Shown: one piece after another, positions 18,612-28,661 of the stretch
Layout: each line of letters opens with the position of its first letter
Position numbering within the stretch: position 1 is the stretch's first letter
Source: Zymomonas mobilis subsp. mobilis ATCC 10988
GTDB taxonomy: Bacteria > Pseudomonadota > Alphaproteobacteria > Sphingomonadales > Sphingomonadaceae
Reading direction: 5' to 3'
Length of the DNA stretch: 32,000 bases
NCBI RefSeq assembly: GCF_000175255.2
Contig: NC_017262.1
Coordinates: forward strand, 420,001-452,000
The notes under the pieces: model-generated
The model's database searches: none
Seen by the model: the letters and a program-made list of their open reading frames with translations, nothing else
Told to the model about the DNA's origin: nothing
Position numbers and translations under genes: made by a program

Positions 18612-20830
18612 TTAATCTCTCCTGATGGAAAAGCCGACCATCGGCTTAATAAAAGCGAATTACTCACAACAGAAACAGAGCTCATTGCCATCGCAGCTCC
18701 AGCAATAACAGGGTTAAGAAAACCGAAAGCGGCTAATGGAATACCCAAAACATTATAGATAAAGGCAAAAAACAAATTCTGTTTCATTTTTTGCATGGTT
18801 GCTCTCGAAAGAGATATCGCAAGGGCGACTTCTTCAAGGTTGGATTTCATCAAAATGATATCTGCCGATTCAATTGCAATATCGGAACCGGCTCCAATGG
18901 CAAAACTGACATCAGCTACGGCTAAGGCCGGTGCATCATTGATACCGTCACCGACCATACCAACATAATGCCCTTGTTTCTTCAAGCTCTGAATTTCATT
19001 TGCTTTATCTTCCGGTAACAGACCTGCTTTGTAATGACGAATACCGACATTCTCGGCAATTTTTTGGGCAGTGACGTCATTATCACCCGTCAACATCGCC
19101 ACTTCGATACCTAAATCATGTAGTCTTTCAACAGCCTTTTTTGAAGTGGGTCTGACAGGATCAGCCAAGGCGATAGAGCCTAGATATTGGTTGTCGCGGG
19201 CGATATAAACAAAGCTGCTCTCTTTCTTATGCTCGTCTTGATGAAGCTGAGATAAAGCGGAATCTTGAATTTTTATACCGGATTCTTCTAGAAAGCGTAA
19301 AGAACCCATCCTGATTTTATGATGGTTCTTATCTGTTCCAGTAACTCCAAGACCCGCCTTTTCCAGTATATGGTCAGGCAGAAAAATGGTAATGTCTTTG
19401 TCTCGGCCAAAAGAAGCGATAGCTTGCGACAAAGGATGGGATGATTGACTGGCAAGAGAGGTCGCAACCGTTAAAAGATCCTCTTCTTTTATACCCGCGC
19501 TACAGGCCACTGTTGCAACCTCGGGTTTGCCTTCCGTAATTGTTCCTGTCTTATCAACCACCAAATAATTGATATTTTTAGCACGTTCTAAAGCATCGAC
19601 ATTGCGAATAAGGATGCCTTTTTTGGCGCCAGCCCCCGTTCCCACCATAATTGCCGTCGGGACCGCCAATCCCAAAGAACAAGGGCAAGCAATAACCAAG
19701 GTTGAAACAGCGGAAACCAAGGCAGAAGAAAAAGACCCTGTCAAAAGCCAGCTGACAGCTAAAGTCAGAAAAGCAATGACAATCACAACCGGAACAAAAA
19801 TACCGGCTATTTTGTCAGCCAGTTTTTGAATCGGCGCTTTTGACCCCTGAGCCTCTTCAACCATTCGGATAATACCTGCCAAGGCTGTATGCGCCCCAAC
19901 AGCGATGGCCTTTATCCTGACGGCGCCGCCCTTATTGATGCTAGCAGCAAAAACAGTATCACCGGCTTGTTTAACAACTGGCATCGCTTCGCCTGTTAGC
20001 ATGGCTTCATCGAAAGAGGATTCACCTGCTACAATCTGTCCATCGACAGGCACTCGCTCACCTGAACGAATAACAAGGATATTGCCTGTTTGTATTTGGC
20101 TAACAACGACATCCGAAATATGTCCATCTTCTTCTATATGGCCAATCGGTGGTTGCAATGACAATAAAGAGTGCATCGCGGAGCCTGCCCGATTTTTGGC
20201 CATATCTTCTAGCAAGCGCCCTAATAAAACGAGCGTAATAATCATGGCGCTGGCTTCAAAATAAATATGTAGATGCCTGAAGCCACCGAAAGTAACGATG
20301 CTACTATAAAGATAGGCCATACCCGTTCCTAAAACGACCAAAACATCCATATTGGCCGATCCAGAACGAAGCGATTTCCATGCTGCTTTAAAGAAAGAGG
20401 CACCCGCTATAAATTCAACAATAGTCGCCAAGCCCCATTGGATAAGACGTGGCATTTCAGACTCTGTTTTTGCCATCGAATGGTTAGGAAAAAACATCAT
20501 CACCATCTGAAGCAGAAAAGGTAGACTGCAAAAAAGGGCAAGTAGAAAATAATATAGGGTTTGTTTTCTCAGTTTCTGTTCTAGTAAACGCTGCTTTTCA
20601 CTATCAATTTTTTCAGATTCGATGGCACCATAACCAATTTTCTCAATTATTTTTATGATGTCACTTATCTGCGTTACACTCGGATCAAAAGTAACCTGCG
20701 CTTTTTCGGTCGCAAAATTGACCGAGGCTTCGACATCAGGAAGACGGTTTAGCCGTTTCTCAATACGGCTTGAACAAGCCGCACATTCCATACCTTTAAT
20801 AAATAAAGAAACCGTCTTTTTTGATGCCAT
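18608..20830 (-). CDS. copA: Copper-translocating P1B-type ATPase
   Basis: 740 aa. It has an N-terminal HMA domain (GMECAACSSRIE), the TGE actuator motif (LTGEAMPV), the CPC transmembrane metal site (ACPCSLGLAVP), the DKTGTIT phosphorylation site and the GDGINDAPAL hinge. Confidence 0.93.
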   Translation of the reverse strand: MASKKTVSLFIKGMECAACSSRIEKRLNRLPDVEASVNFATEKAQVTFDPSVTQISDIIKIIEKIGYGAIESEKIDSEKQRLLEQKLRKQTLYYFLLALFCSLPFLLQMVMMFFPNHSMAKTESEMPRLIQWGLATIVEFIAGASFFKAAWKSLRSGSANMDVLVVLGTGMAYLYSSIVTFGGFRHLHIYFEASAMIITLVLLGRLLEDMAKNRAGSAMHSLLSLQPPIGHIEEDGHISDVVVSQIQTGNILVIRSGERVPVDGQIVAGESSFDEAMLTGEAMPVVKQAGDTVFAASINKGGAVRIKAIAVGAHTALAGIIRMVEEAQGSKAPIQKLADKIAGIFVPVVIVIAFLTLAVSWLLTGSFSSALVSAVSTLVIACPCSLGLAVPTAIMVGTGAGAKKGILIRNVDALERAKNINYLVVDKTGTITEGKPEVATVACSAGIKEEDLLTVATSLASQSSHPLSQAIASFGRDKDITIFLPDHILEKAGLGVTGTDKNHHKIRMGSLRFLEESGIKIQDSALSQLHQDEHKKESSFVYIARDNQYLGSIALADPVRPTSKKAVERLHDLGIEVAMLTGDNDVTAQKIAENVGIRHYKAGLLPEDKANEIQSLKKQGHYVGMVGDGINDAPALAVADVSFAIGAGSDIAIESADIILMKSNLEEVALAISLSRATMQKMKQNLFFAFIYNVLGIPLAAFGFLNPVIAGAAMAMSSVSVVSNSLLLSRWSAFPSGEIK

Positions 20831-21056
20831 ATGATGGGGATTCTTTCCGACCGATTTAACCGCAAGATATATCAGAGCTAACTCATCAGGTTAGAAATGG
20901 TGCCGTTCAGTCGGGTGAATTATAATTTATTTTCTTTATCAATGGTATTTTTAAGACTTGTTTTCTTCCAAAATAAAGTGATCCCCCTATATAGGGCATG
21001 GCTTAGCCTATAAGACCAAGCTGATTCTTTTAATATTTTTGTTGTAAGGATTGTTC

Positions 21057-21950
21057 ATGACTGAGGCAATAATTATTGATGGTAAAGAATTTTCGTCAAA
21101 TTTACGCAATAAAATTGCCGAAGATGTCAAAACATTCAAAAAAGAACGTAACGTCGTTCCTGGCTTGGCCGTTGTCCTAGTGGGCGAGGACCCAGCTAGC
21201 CGTATCTATGTACGTAAGAAAGAAGAAATGACCACAGCTGTCGGAATGAATTCCCTCAGCTATCGCCTTGATGCAAATGCCAGTCAGCAAGAATTGCTCG
21301 ATTTGATCGAAACACTCAACCATGACCCCGCTGTTCATGGCATTTTGGTTCAGCTGCCTTTACCTAAGCATATTGATACCCCAACTATTCTTGAAGCTAT
21401 TGATCCAGACAAAGATGTTGATGGCTTCCATGTCGTTAACGCAGGACGTTTGGCAATAGGCACGCCTAGTTTGGTGCCTTGCACACCTGCCGGTTGCATG
21501 ATGTTGCTCGAGCATAGCTTGGGGAGCCTAAAAGGCAAAAATGCTTTGGTGATTGGTCGATCAACGATTGTTGGCCGTCCGATGGCACAGCTTCTTTTAG
21601 CCGCCGATTGCACGGTAACCGTTGCGCATCGCCATACCAAAAATTTGGAAGAATTATGCCGACAGGCCGATATCGTTGTCGCTGCTGTCGGGATTCCTCA
21701 TTTTGTCAAAGCCTCATGGCTCAAACCCGGCGCCGTTGTGATCGATGTCGGTATCAATCGGGTTCCTGCTGAGGATGAGGCTGCCAAGGCTGCGGGGAAA
21801 ACGCGCATTGTCGGGGATGTTGATTTTGTCGAAGCTGCGAAGGTCGCTTCGGCCATCACTCCAGTCCCTGGGGGGGTTGGTCCCATGACTATTGCCTGCC
21901 TTCTTAATAATACGGTGCAGGCTGCACGGAATTTGACTTCTGCTTCTTAA
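21057..21950 (+). CDS. folD: Bifunctional methylenetetrahydrofolate dehydrogenase / methenyl-THF cyclohydrolase
   Basis: It carries [49 protein letters not shown] and [11 protein letters not shown] chose the ATG at 21057 because AAGGA lies 7 nt upstream. The track starts at a TTG at 21051. Confidence 0.95.
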   Translation: MTEAIIIDGKEFSSNLRNKIAEDVKTFKKERNVVPGLAVVLVGEDPASRIYVRKKEEMTTAVGMNSLSYRLDANASQQELLDLIETLNHDPAVHGILVQLPLPKHIDTPTILEAIDPDKDVDGFHVVNAGRLAIGTPSLVPCTPAGCMMLLEHSLGSLKGKNALVIGRSTIVGRPMAQLLLAADCTVTVAHRHTKNLEELCRQADIVVAAVGIPHFVKASWLKPGAVVIDVGINRVPAEDEAAKAAGKTRIVGDVDFVEAAKVASAITPVPGGVGPMTIACLLNNTVQAARNLTSAS

Positions 21951-21999
21951 AGGACAAAGACAAAGCATTTCATTGTCTTTACCAAGATTGGTTAAGTAT

Positions 22000-23100
22000 A
22001 TGTCTCAAACGAAAGAAACCTCTATTCTTACGATAGAACCCACTGACCATCCTACGCCCGCTGATAAACGCAAGGCAATGATGGCTAATCCTGGCTTCGG
22101 CACGACCTTTTCTGATCATATGGTTGTGATTCACTATTCCGAAGAAAAAGGATGGCATAACGGACGGGTTATGGCTCGCCAGCCGTTACCACTCGATCCG
22201 GCCGCTTCAGTGTTGCATTACGCGCAGGAAATTTTCGAAGGGATGAAGGCCTATCGCAGTCCCGAAAATGAAATTTTGCTGTTCCGGCCCGAAGAAAATG
22301 CCCGTCGTTTCCGCCATTCAGCAGAAGTTATGGCGATGGAACCCATTCCAGAAGAAATCTTTCTGGATGCCGTGCATAAGCTGGTCGATATTGATCGTGA
22401 CTGGGTGCCTGATGGTGAAGTAGGTAGCCTCTATATTCGTCCTTTCCAAATTGCCAGCCAGCCTTTCCTTGGGGTGAAACCTGCCAAAGAATATATTTTC
22501 GCGATTATCGCTTGTACGGTTGGCTCTTATTTCAAGGATGCAACCAAAGGTGTGCCGATTTGGGTCTCCGAAAATCATGTTCGGGCGGTTCCTGGTGGCA
22601 CTGGTACGGCCAAATGTGGCGGTAATTATGCAGCCAGTCTGACAGCTCAAGCCGAAGGCTACGCCCATGGTTGTGCACAGGTTGTCTTCTTGGATGCCAT
22701 CGAACGCCGTTGGATCGAAGAACTTGGTGGGATGAATGTCTTTTTTGTCATGAATGACAAAACATTGATCACCCCTCCACTGAAAGGCACGATTCTCCAC
22801 GGAATTACCAGGAAGTCGATCATCGCATTAGCCCGCGACAAAGGATATACCGTTCTGGAACAGCCCTATAGCCTTGATCAATGGCGTGAAGATGCCAAAT
22901 CTGGCAAATTGCTGGAAGCCTTTGCCTGTGGGACAGCCGCGGTTATTACTTCTATCGGTAAAGTGTGCGACACACATGGCGATTTTGAGATTGGTGAAAA
23001 TGGCGCTAATAATCCAGTAGCCAATGAACTGAGAGAATCTCTGATTAACTTGCAGTATGGACGCGCAGAAGATCCTTATGGCTGGGTCAAACGCGTTTAA
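22000..23100 (+). CDS. ilvE: Branched-chain amino acid aminotransferase (class IV, long form)
   Basis: It carries FGTTFSDHM, LHYAQEIFEGMKAY, RRFRHSAEVM, YIRPF, GGTGTAKCGGNYAASL, EELGGMNVFFV and GITRKS. I chose the ATG at 22000, while the track TTG is at 21973. It follows folD closely, so the two are probably co-transcribed. Confidence 0.9.
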   Translation: MSQTKETSILTIEPTDHPTPADKRKAMMANPGFGTTFSDHMVVIHYSEEKGWHNGRVMARQPLPLDPAASVLHYAQEIFEGMKAYRSPENEILLFRPEENARRFRHSAEVMAMEPIPEEIFLDAVHKLVDIDRDWVPDGEVGSLYIRPFQIASQPFLGVKPAKEYIFAIIACTVGSYFKDATKGVPIWVSENHVRAVPGGTGTAKCGGNYAASLTAQAEGYAHGCAQVVFLDAIERRWIEELGGMNVFFVMNDKTLITPPLKGTILHGITRKSIIALARDKGYTVLEQPYSLDQWREDAKSGKLLEAFACGTAAVITSIGKVCDTHGDFEIGENGANNPVANELRESLINLQYGRAEDPYGWVKRV

Positions 23101-23108
23101 TTTTCTTT

Positions 23109-23139
23109 AAAAAAGAGCCCCTTTTTAGGGGCTCTTTTT
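23109..23139. terminator. Bidirectional rho-independent terminator between ilvE and the DUF885 gene
   Basis: AAAAAGAGCCCCT-TTTT-AGGGGCTCTTTTT has a GC-rich 8-bp core stem flanked by an A tract and a T tract, so it is usable on both strands. Confidence 0.7.
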
Positions 23140-23148
23140 CTATGTCTG

Positions 23149-25029
23149 CTAACCTTTACTGCGGGCAATATAACGATTGATCACATCCCCCAAAACAGGC
23201 AAAGGTACACCGCCTGTTTTGACAATGGCATCATTAAAAGAAGCCAAATCAAAAGCCGAGCCCAATTGATCTTTTGCCTTTTGGCGTAACCTCAAAATTT
23301 CGAGCTGTCCCATTTTGTAGCCACAGGCCTGTCCTGGGCTAGAACAATAACGATCAACTTCGCTGGTCGCGGCATCCACTACATAACCACATTCATCAAT
23401 CAAATAGCGGATAGCCTGATCACGCGACCACCCCATAGAATGCAATCCGGTATCGATCACCAGACGACATGCTCTAAATTGCTGATCTAAAAGATAACCA
23501 ATCCTTCCGACTGGATCATTGGTATAAAGCCCTAATTCATCTACCAGCTTTTCGGCATAGAGCGCCCATCCTTCAACAAAGGCATTAAAGCCCATCATGG
23601 AAGAGATAAGAGGAATTTCACTATGATGTTCTGCCAGATAGGCGCCTTGCCAACTATGACCGGGGATACCTTCATGGGCAGTCAGAGTTGTCAAAGAATA
23701 GCGCGGCCATAAGTTCGTTGATGCCAGATTAATGTAATAAATAGCTGGTCGGCTGCCATCCAAGGCCGGAAAATTCATATAGCCTAAAGGGGCACCTTTT
23801 TCGACATCGGGTGGAACTCTTTTGACCAGAATTGGGGCTTTCATCCCCAAATGTGACAATTTAGGAAGCAAAGGCCGAATAGCCGCCAGTCTTCCATTGA
23901 GATAATCTAGAATTTCAGCTCGACCTGCATCATTATCAGGATAGATAAAACGCTGATCTTTGCTTAACGCCTGTAATCTTTGTCCAACACTTCCTTGGGT
24001 AAAGCCTTGTGATTTAAGCAAGCCATCCATTTCGGCTTTCAGAATTTCATTCTGTTCAAGACCGATTTTATGAATATCCGACGCAGATGTCGTCAACGTC
24101 GTGCCTAATCTTAAAGCCCAATGATAATAAGCTTCCCCATCAGGTAAACGTGAAACGGATGGATTATTTCCGGCCTTAGGCAGAATTTTTGAGAATTCTG
24201 CCAATTCAATATCCAAAGCAGGATAAAGGCTATCTTTTACAATTTTGGCCGCTTTATCCGAAAAACTACCTTGGATACCGGCTTTTTTCGCGCGAACATC
24301 TAAATTTTGAACAAAACTTTGTTCTTCAGCCTTGATAGCCCGAAAATCCTGCATTTGTGCGAAGGCTTTTTGGGCAATAAAATTAGGTGGGATAACGCCA
24401 ATAGAGGCCTCTCTTTTGAGTTCCTCAGTTTCCTCTTTAATTTGTCGAGAAAAAGCCTGCAATCGTAAAAGATAGGCTTCAATATCTGCCTTATTCTCAA
24501 TCCGATGCTGAGAATTCAAGAAATCAGCCATCGAGGTAGTAACGCCATTTTGTTGGCTAAGGCTATAGGTTTCTGTTCCACCAGAAAAACCAGCAGCGGC
24601 ACCTCCGCCGTAAGAAAAGCCAAGACCGTCTAAACCACGATCCACAGCATAAGAAACTGTTTCATATTGTATTTGGTCTTTTTCATTCTTGAGACTGGCT
24701 TTCACCTTATCCAATCTCTGACGCATAGAGCGCATTTGACGAGACCATTCTGATAAACCCTTCTCGGAATTATCAGACAGTTTGGCTTCAAGTCCTGCCA
24801 GTTGCCCCTTATCAAGTCCTAAACTTGTCGCCATTTCTGGCGACAGAATTAAAATTTCATGGGCAAGCTCTGCCAACAGACCTGATAACGGTGAATTATC
24901 CGCTGCACTTACTATTTCTGGAATAATATTACTGATTCCTGCAACGGTCAGAACCGTGGCCGTTTTTTTTAGAATATTTCGTCTTTCCTGACTATCGGGT
25001 TTACCTATTCGTTGATTCCCCAAGATCAA
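23149..25029 (-). CDS. DUF885 family protein, predicted Tat-exported
   Basis: 626 aa with a TTG start after AAGGGGGGA. The N-terminus has the twin-arginine ERRNILKKTATVLTVAGI. The C-terminal region has HEGIPGHSWQ and YCSSPGQACGYKMG, characteristic of DUF885 (metallopeptidase-like fold). Confidence 0.75.
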   Translation of the reverse strand: MILGNQRIGKPDSQERRNILKKTATVLTVAGISNIIPEIVSAADNSPLSGLLAELAHEILILSPEMATSLGLDKGQLAGLEAKLSDNSEKGLSEWSRQMRSMRQRLDKVKASLKNEKDQIQYETVSYAVDRGLDGLGFSYGGGAAAGFSGGTETYSLSQQNGVTTSMADFLNSQHRIENKADIEAYLLRLQAFSRQIKEETEELKREASIGVIPPNFIAQKAFAQMQDFRAIKAEEQSFVQNLDVRAKKAGIQGSFSDKAAKIVKDSLYPALDIELAEFSKILPKAGNNPSVSRLPDGEAYYHWALRLGTTLTTSASDIHKIGLEQNEILKAEMDGLLKSQGFTQGSVGQRLQALSKDQRFIYPDNDAGRAEILDYLNGRLAAIRPLLPKLSHLGMKAPILVKRVPPDVEKGAPLGYMNFPALDGSRPAIYYINLASTNLWPRYSLTTLTAHEGIPGHSWQGAYLAEHHSEIPLISSMMGFNAFVEGWALYAEKLVDELGLYTNDPVGRIGYLLDQQFRACRLVIDTGLHSMGWSRDQAIRYLIDECGYVVDAATSEVDRYCSSPGQACGYKMGQLEILRLRQKAKDQLGSAFDLASFNDAIVKTGGVPLPVLGDVINRYIARSKG

Positions 25030-25213
25030 TTCCCCCCTTAATCAAAGGCATGTTCCCAATTTAGGCCATGACTAAACTTTGTTACAAAGGAGAATAGTTT
25101 TTCTGATTATTCTAAGGGAAGCAAGACAAAATATTGACTAAAAATAGAATAATATTCTTGGAGCTGGATAGATATCTTCAGATTACAACCCAGCTCCGAT
25201 AACAAGCTAAAAA

Positions 25214-26482
25214 TTAATATGCTGCCGCTCTTGCAATAAGGAGCGGTGCAAATATCTGGTTAACAATATTCGCAGCCTTGATAGCACGTGTTAACTTCGC
25301 GCTGGAAATATAAAGGACATCTTTATCCCGCAAAGTAAATCTTTGCGCCATAAAATAACTAGCAGGATCAAGCATATTTAGCTGATAAACGACGGGTCTT
25401 TCCTTATTAGGCGCTGTCTCATCTGGGACAAAACGCATCAAAAAGACGGCTCTTGGGTCAGAAATATTATCATTTGGGCCACCGCCTCTCGCAAGCGCCT
25501 CAGCTAAGGAAACTTCAGGATTATTGAAGGCCATCTGCTCAACTCGACTACCTGCCCCGAAGACCTCAAATGTTCTTGGCCGTTTCACCAATTCAATCCG
25601 GTCACCTGGCAATAAGGCAAGATTGTCTGGGCTTTCAGGCGTGATATGGTCGAGACGCTGTTTAACGGTTTTCCCGCTTCGAGAAAAAATAACGACCGTA
25701 TCCGCTAAAAGCGATGCACGGGGTCCCCCGACATAAGAAACCGCATCCAGTAAGTGCTCCCGGTATAAAGTCAGCGGCATACGTGATGCTTTCGTCGCAT
25801 TATCACCACCGACATAAACCGTATTAGCAACATTTTCGAGAACAGAAACCATAGCCTGCGGTTTCTGTGACTGGGTGGCGAAGGCTTCTTCAATAAGATG
25901 CTGGATTTGAACAACCCGTAAACCAGCCACACGCAATCTACCCGCATAGGGTAACTTAATCGTTCCCATTGCATCAACAGCAACAATATCAAAATGTTCA
26001 GCGGAAGCGGATGGATCAACGCCCGTATAACCATAACGGTTACTATTACCGATAAAAAGCCGGGTGCCTGCCTCATAGATACTGATTCGAAGGACATCGC
26101 CTGGGCCGATAAGGTCAACGCGCCCTTCTGATGCTAAATCCCGTAATTTTAGATTCCGGCCAGTCTCGCTACCATTTTCCTTGGTATATCTTTCGGCAGC
26201 AGAAGAAAGCGAAATATTGTCATCTAGTATTTCGCTATTTTTGTCTGCTGCCAGCACCGCTTTCATTCCATTTGTAGGTTGGTTCAAGTCGATCACCGTG
26301 ATATCCAACGGGTTGCGCCCAGGTTTTGTCCTTTTCAAAAACTGATGGGCCGTCGGTCCGCTAGAAGGCAAAGAATTACAACCTGCCAATACAACAGGTA
26401 TAATAAGGCACCCCAATTGCGACAAGGATCGGGTGTATCTCGATAGAGATCGAGCAAAGGCTTGGCAAGAATTCATCATCAC
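25214..26482 (-). CDS. Outer-membrane polysaccharide export protein (OPX family; Wza/KpsD-like lipoprotein)
   Basis: 422 aa with the lipobox VLAGCNS. The Poly_export motif IGPGDVLRISIYEAG is followed by SLBB-like repeats (GDRIELVKRP...). Confidence 0.8.
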   Translation of the reverse strand: MMMNSCQAFARSLSRYTRSLSQLGCLIIPVVLAGCNSLPSSGPTAHQFLKRTKPGRNPLDITVIDLNQPTNGMKAVLAADKNSEILDDNISLSSAAERYTKENGSETGRNLKLRDLASEGRVDLIGPGDVLRISIYEAGTRLFIGNSNRYGYTGVDPSASAEHFDIVAVDAMGTIKLPYAGRLRVAGLRVVQIQHLIEEAFATQSQKPQAMVSVLENVANTVYVGGDNATKASRMPLTLYREHLLDAVSYVGGPRASLLADTVVIFSRSGKTVKQRLDHITPESPDNLALLPGDRIELVKRPRTFEVFGAGSRVEQMAFNNPEVSLAEALARGGGPNDNISDPRAVFLMRFVPDETAPNKERPVVYQLNMLDPASYFMAQRFTLRDKDVLYISSAKLTRAIKAANIVNQIFAPLLIARAAAY

Positions 26483-26710
26483 TAGGAGCTCATGCTATAT
26501 CTTTGGAAAAAAATAAAGCACAACTCCATCTTTTTGTGCGCAACCTTTAAAACGCTGTTCATTCTGCCTCTTTTATGAATGTTACGGTGGGATAATTACC
26601 CTATAGAAGAGCGTTGATACTGTTTCTATAAAGGAATGACCAGTTTTGACGCTTTGAATTGTCTCTTTAGAATAAATTATTAAAGCAATTCGGAATGGTT
26701 ATGGTAAAAA

Positions 26711-27370
26711 ATGATCAAATTTGAACATGTTACAAAAATATATAAAAATCAGAAATTTGAAAATACTGTATTCCGTGATCTGAACTTCACCTTAAAAAGA
26801 GGCCAAAGTATCGGTATATGCGGAGCCAATGGTGCGGGTAAGTCGACTTTGACCCGTTTGATTTCCGGGGTTGAGAAGCCAACTTTCGGGAAAATAACAC
26901 GCAAGATGTCGACCTCTTGGCCGATTGGCTATACTAGTGCTTTTCAGAGCAGTCTAACCGGCGCTGATAACTGCCGATTTATCGCGCGTGTCTATGGAAA
27001 AGATGTAGATGAATTATTAGCTTATGTTGAAGACTTTGCCCAATTAGGGCCTTTTTTTCGGCAACCGATCAAAACCTATTCAGCCGGTATGGTTGCTCGA
27101 CTAGCCTTTGGTGTATCCTTAGCAATTCATTTTGATTGCTATCTCGTCGACGAAGTCACCGGTGCCGGTGATGAAAGATTTCGTCATCGTTGTCACGAAG
27201 CGCTCATCGAACGTCGCGAGAATGGTACTTTAGTGATGATTTCTCATGATTTTAATACCTTGAGAGAATATTGCGATAGTGGTGCTGTCATGTATCAGAA
27301 ACAGCTTCATCTCTTTGATACCATTGATGAAGCGATTACATTTCATCAGGAAAAACAGAGCCAGTCTTAA
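26711..27370 (+). CDS. kpsT: Capsule-type polysaccharide export ABC transporter ATP-binding protein
   Basis: 219 aa. It carries Walker A GANGAGKSTL, the KpsT-type signature YSAGMVARLAFGVSLA, Walker B CYLVDEV and MISHD. The overall layout is collinear with KpsT/CtrD. Confidence 0.85.
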   Translation: MIKFEHVTKIYKNQKFENTVFRDLNFTLKRGQSIGICGANGAGKSTLTRLISGVEKPTFGKITRKMSTSWPIGYTSAFQSSLTGADNCRFIARVYGKDVDELLAYVEDFAQLGPFFRQPIKTYSAGMVARLAFGVSLAIHFDCYLVDEVTGAGDERFRHRCHEALIERRENGTLVMISHDFNTLREYCDSGAVMYQKQLHLFDTIDEAITFHQEKQSQS

Positions 27371-27387
27371 ACTCAAAGGATTATTTT

Positions 27388-28626
27388 ATGCAGCCAGATC
27401 GAGAGATCGTCCTTGATCTGTCACGTCTATTATCCCGCCTATTCCATGCTACACCTACCGGTGTTGACCGAGTGGAAATGGCCTATGCCCGCGCGTTATT
27501 ACGTCGAATTCCAGATCAGCTTTCTTTTGCAGCTATCAATATTTTTGGGCGATATGGACGGATTCCCAATGACAAAGCTTTGATTTTCCTCGATCACGTC
27601 GATAATTTATGGAATGGAAAAATCTCTATTCCCCCAAAAAGCATCGAGAAGTGGCAGTATATCAGTAAAATTTACGGTTTAATGTGGCCTCAATCTGTGC
27701 CCGAGAATAGTCGGTCGCTTCGTATTTTTCTACAATCCTCACCTCATCATTTGACCAATCAAAAACTGATGGCCTCTATTCTAAAAAAAGAAAAGGCTAA
27801 ATTTATCTGCTTGTTGCATGACCTTATTCCCATTAGTTATCCTGAATATGCCCGTCCTAATGGAGCTGATTTACATATAAAAAGAATGAATACAGTAGCT
27901 CAATTAGCAGATGGGGTTATTGCTAATTCTTACGATACTGAAAAAAAATTCCAAGATTTTCTTCAAAAATCAGAAAAAAACATACCTATAGTTACAGCCC
28001 ATTTAGGTGTAGATATTAGGCATAATTCTAAATTATCTAAAAATATTCACCCTTCTTTATTTGAAACGCTCAATATCAATGAAGAGCAACCAGTTTTTAT
28101 TTATATCAGCACGATAGAGCCTCGAAAAAATCATTTATTGCTTCTCAATATTTGGAGAAATCTTGTCACCCTTTATGGTGATAAAACACCCTATCTTGTT
28201 TTAGTGGGGCGACGTGGTTGGGAAAATGAAAATATCCTTGATATGCTTGATCGGTGTCCCGCTATGCAAAAACGGGTTTTCGAGTTTAGCCATCTCGGAG
28301 ATGATCAAATGCAGCTTTGGTTAAAGCAGTCACGCGCCTTACTCATGCCTTCTTTTGCAGAAGGCTATGGTCTTCCGATTGCAGAAGCGATTAGTTTAGG
28401 GGTTCCCGTTATTTGTAGCGATATAGCTGCGCATCGAGAAGTGGGGGGTATAGTCCCGGAATATATTGATCCCATTGATGGCTTAGGCTGGCAAAATGCT
28501 GTTATAGAATATAGCCGGTCCAATTCTGAACGAGTGGAAATACAAAAAAAAGCTATGCTGAAATGGCAGTTGCCAAGTTGGGATGCGCATATTACAGCCG
28601 TGCTTCAATTAGCAGATAAGCTCTAA
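27388..28626 (+). CDS. Glycosyltransferase family 4 (GT-B, group 1) protein
   Basis: 412 aa with the C-terminal EGYGLPIAEAISLGVPVICSDIAAHREVGG (E-x7-E type retaining GT motif) and IEPRKN in the linker. The central part of the gene is visibly AT-rich. Confidence 0.8.
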   Translation: MQPDREIVLDLSRLLSRLFHATPTGVDRVEMAYARALLRRIPDQLSFAAINIFGRYGRIPNDKALIFLDHVDNLWNGKISIPPKSIEKWQYISKIYGLMWPQSVPENSRSLRIFLQSSPHHLTNQKLMASILKKEKAKFICLLHDLIPISYPEYARPNGADLHIKRMNTVAQLADGVIANSYDTEKKFQDFLQKSEKNIPIVTAHLGVDIRHNSKLSKNIHPSLFETLNINEEQPVFIYISTIEPRKNHLLLLNIWRNLVTLYGDKTPYLVLVGRRGWENENILDMLDRCPAMQKRVFEFSHLGDDQMQLWLKQSRALLMPSFAEGYGLPIAEAISLGVPVICSDIAAHREVGGIVPEYIDPIDGLGWQNAVIEYSRSNSERVEIQKKAMLKWQLPSWDAHITAVLQLADKL

Positions 28627-28661
28627 TAGATATTTATGCCGCTTTTGGTTTTTAACTAAAT

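Noticed and set aside
20866-20896. A candidate MerR/CueR-type promoter for copA. The minus strand reads TTCTAA-19 nt-TATATC, with the small dyad CTAAC-7 nt-GTTAG in the spacer.
   Set aside because: The 19-nt spacer is suggestive. However, both hexamers are weak (3/6 and 4/6 to consensus), and the dyad is only 5 bp and unlike known CueR boxes (ACCTTCC...GGAAGGT). No MerR-family regulator gene is in the window.
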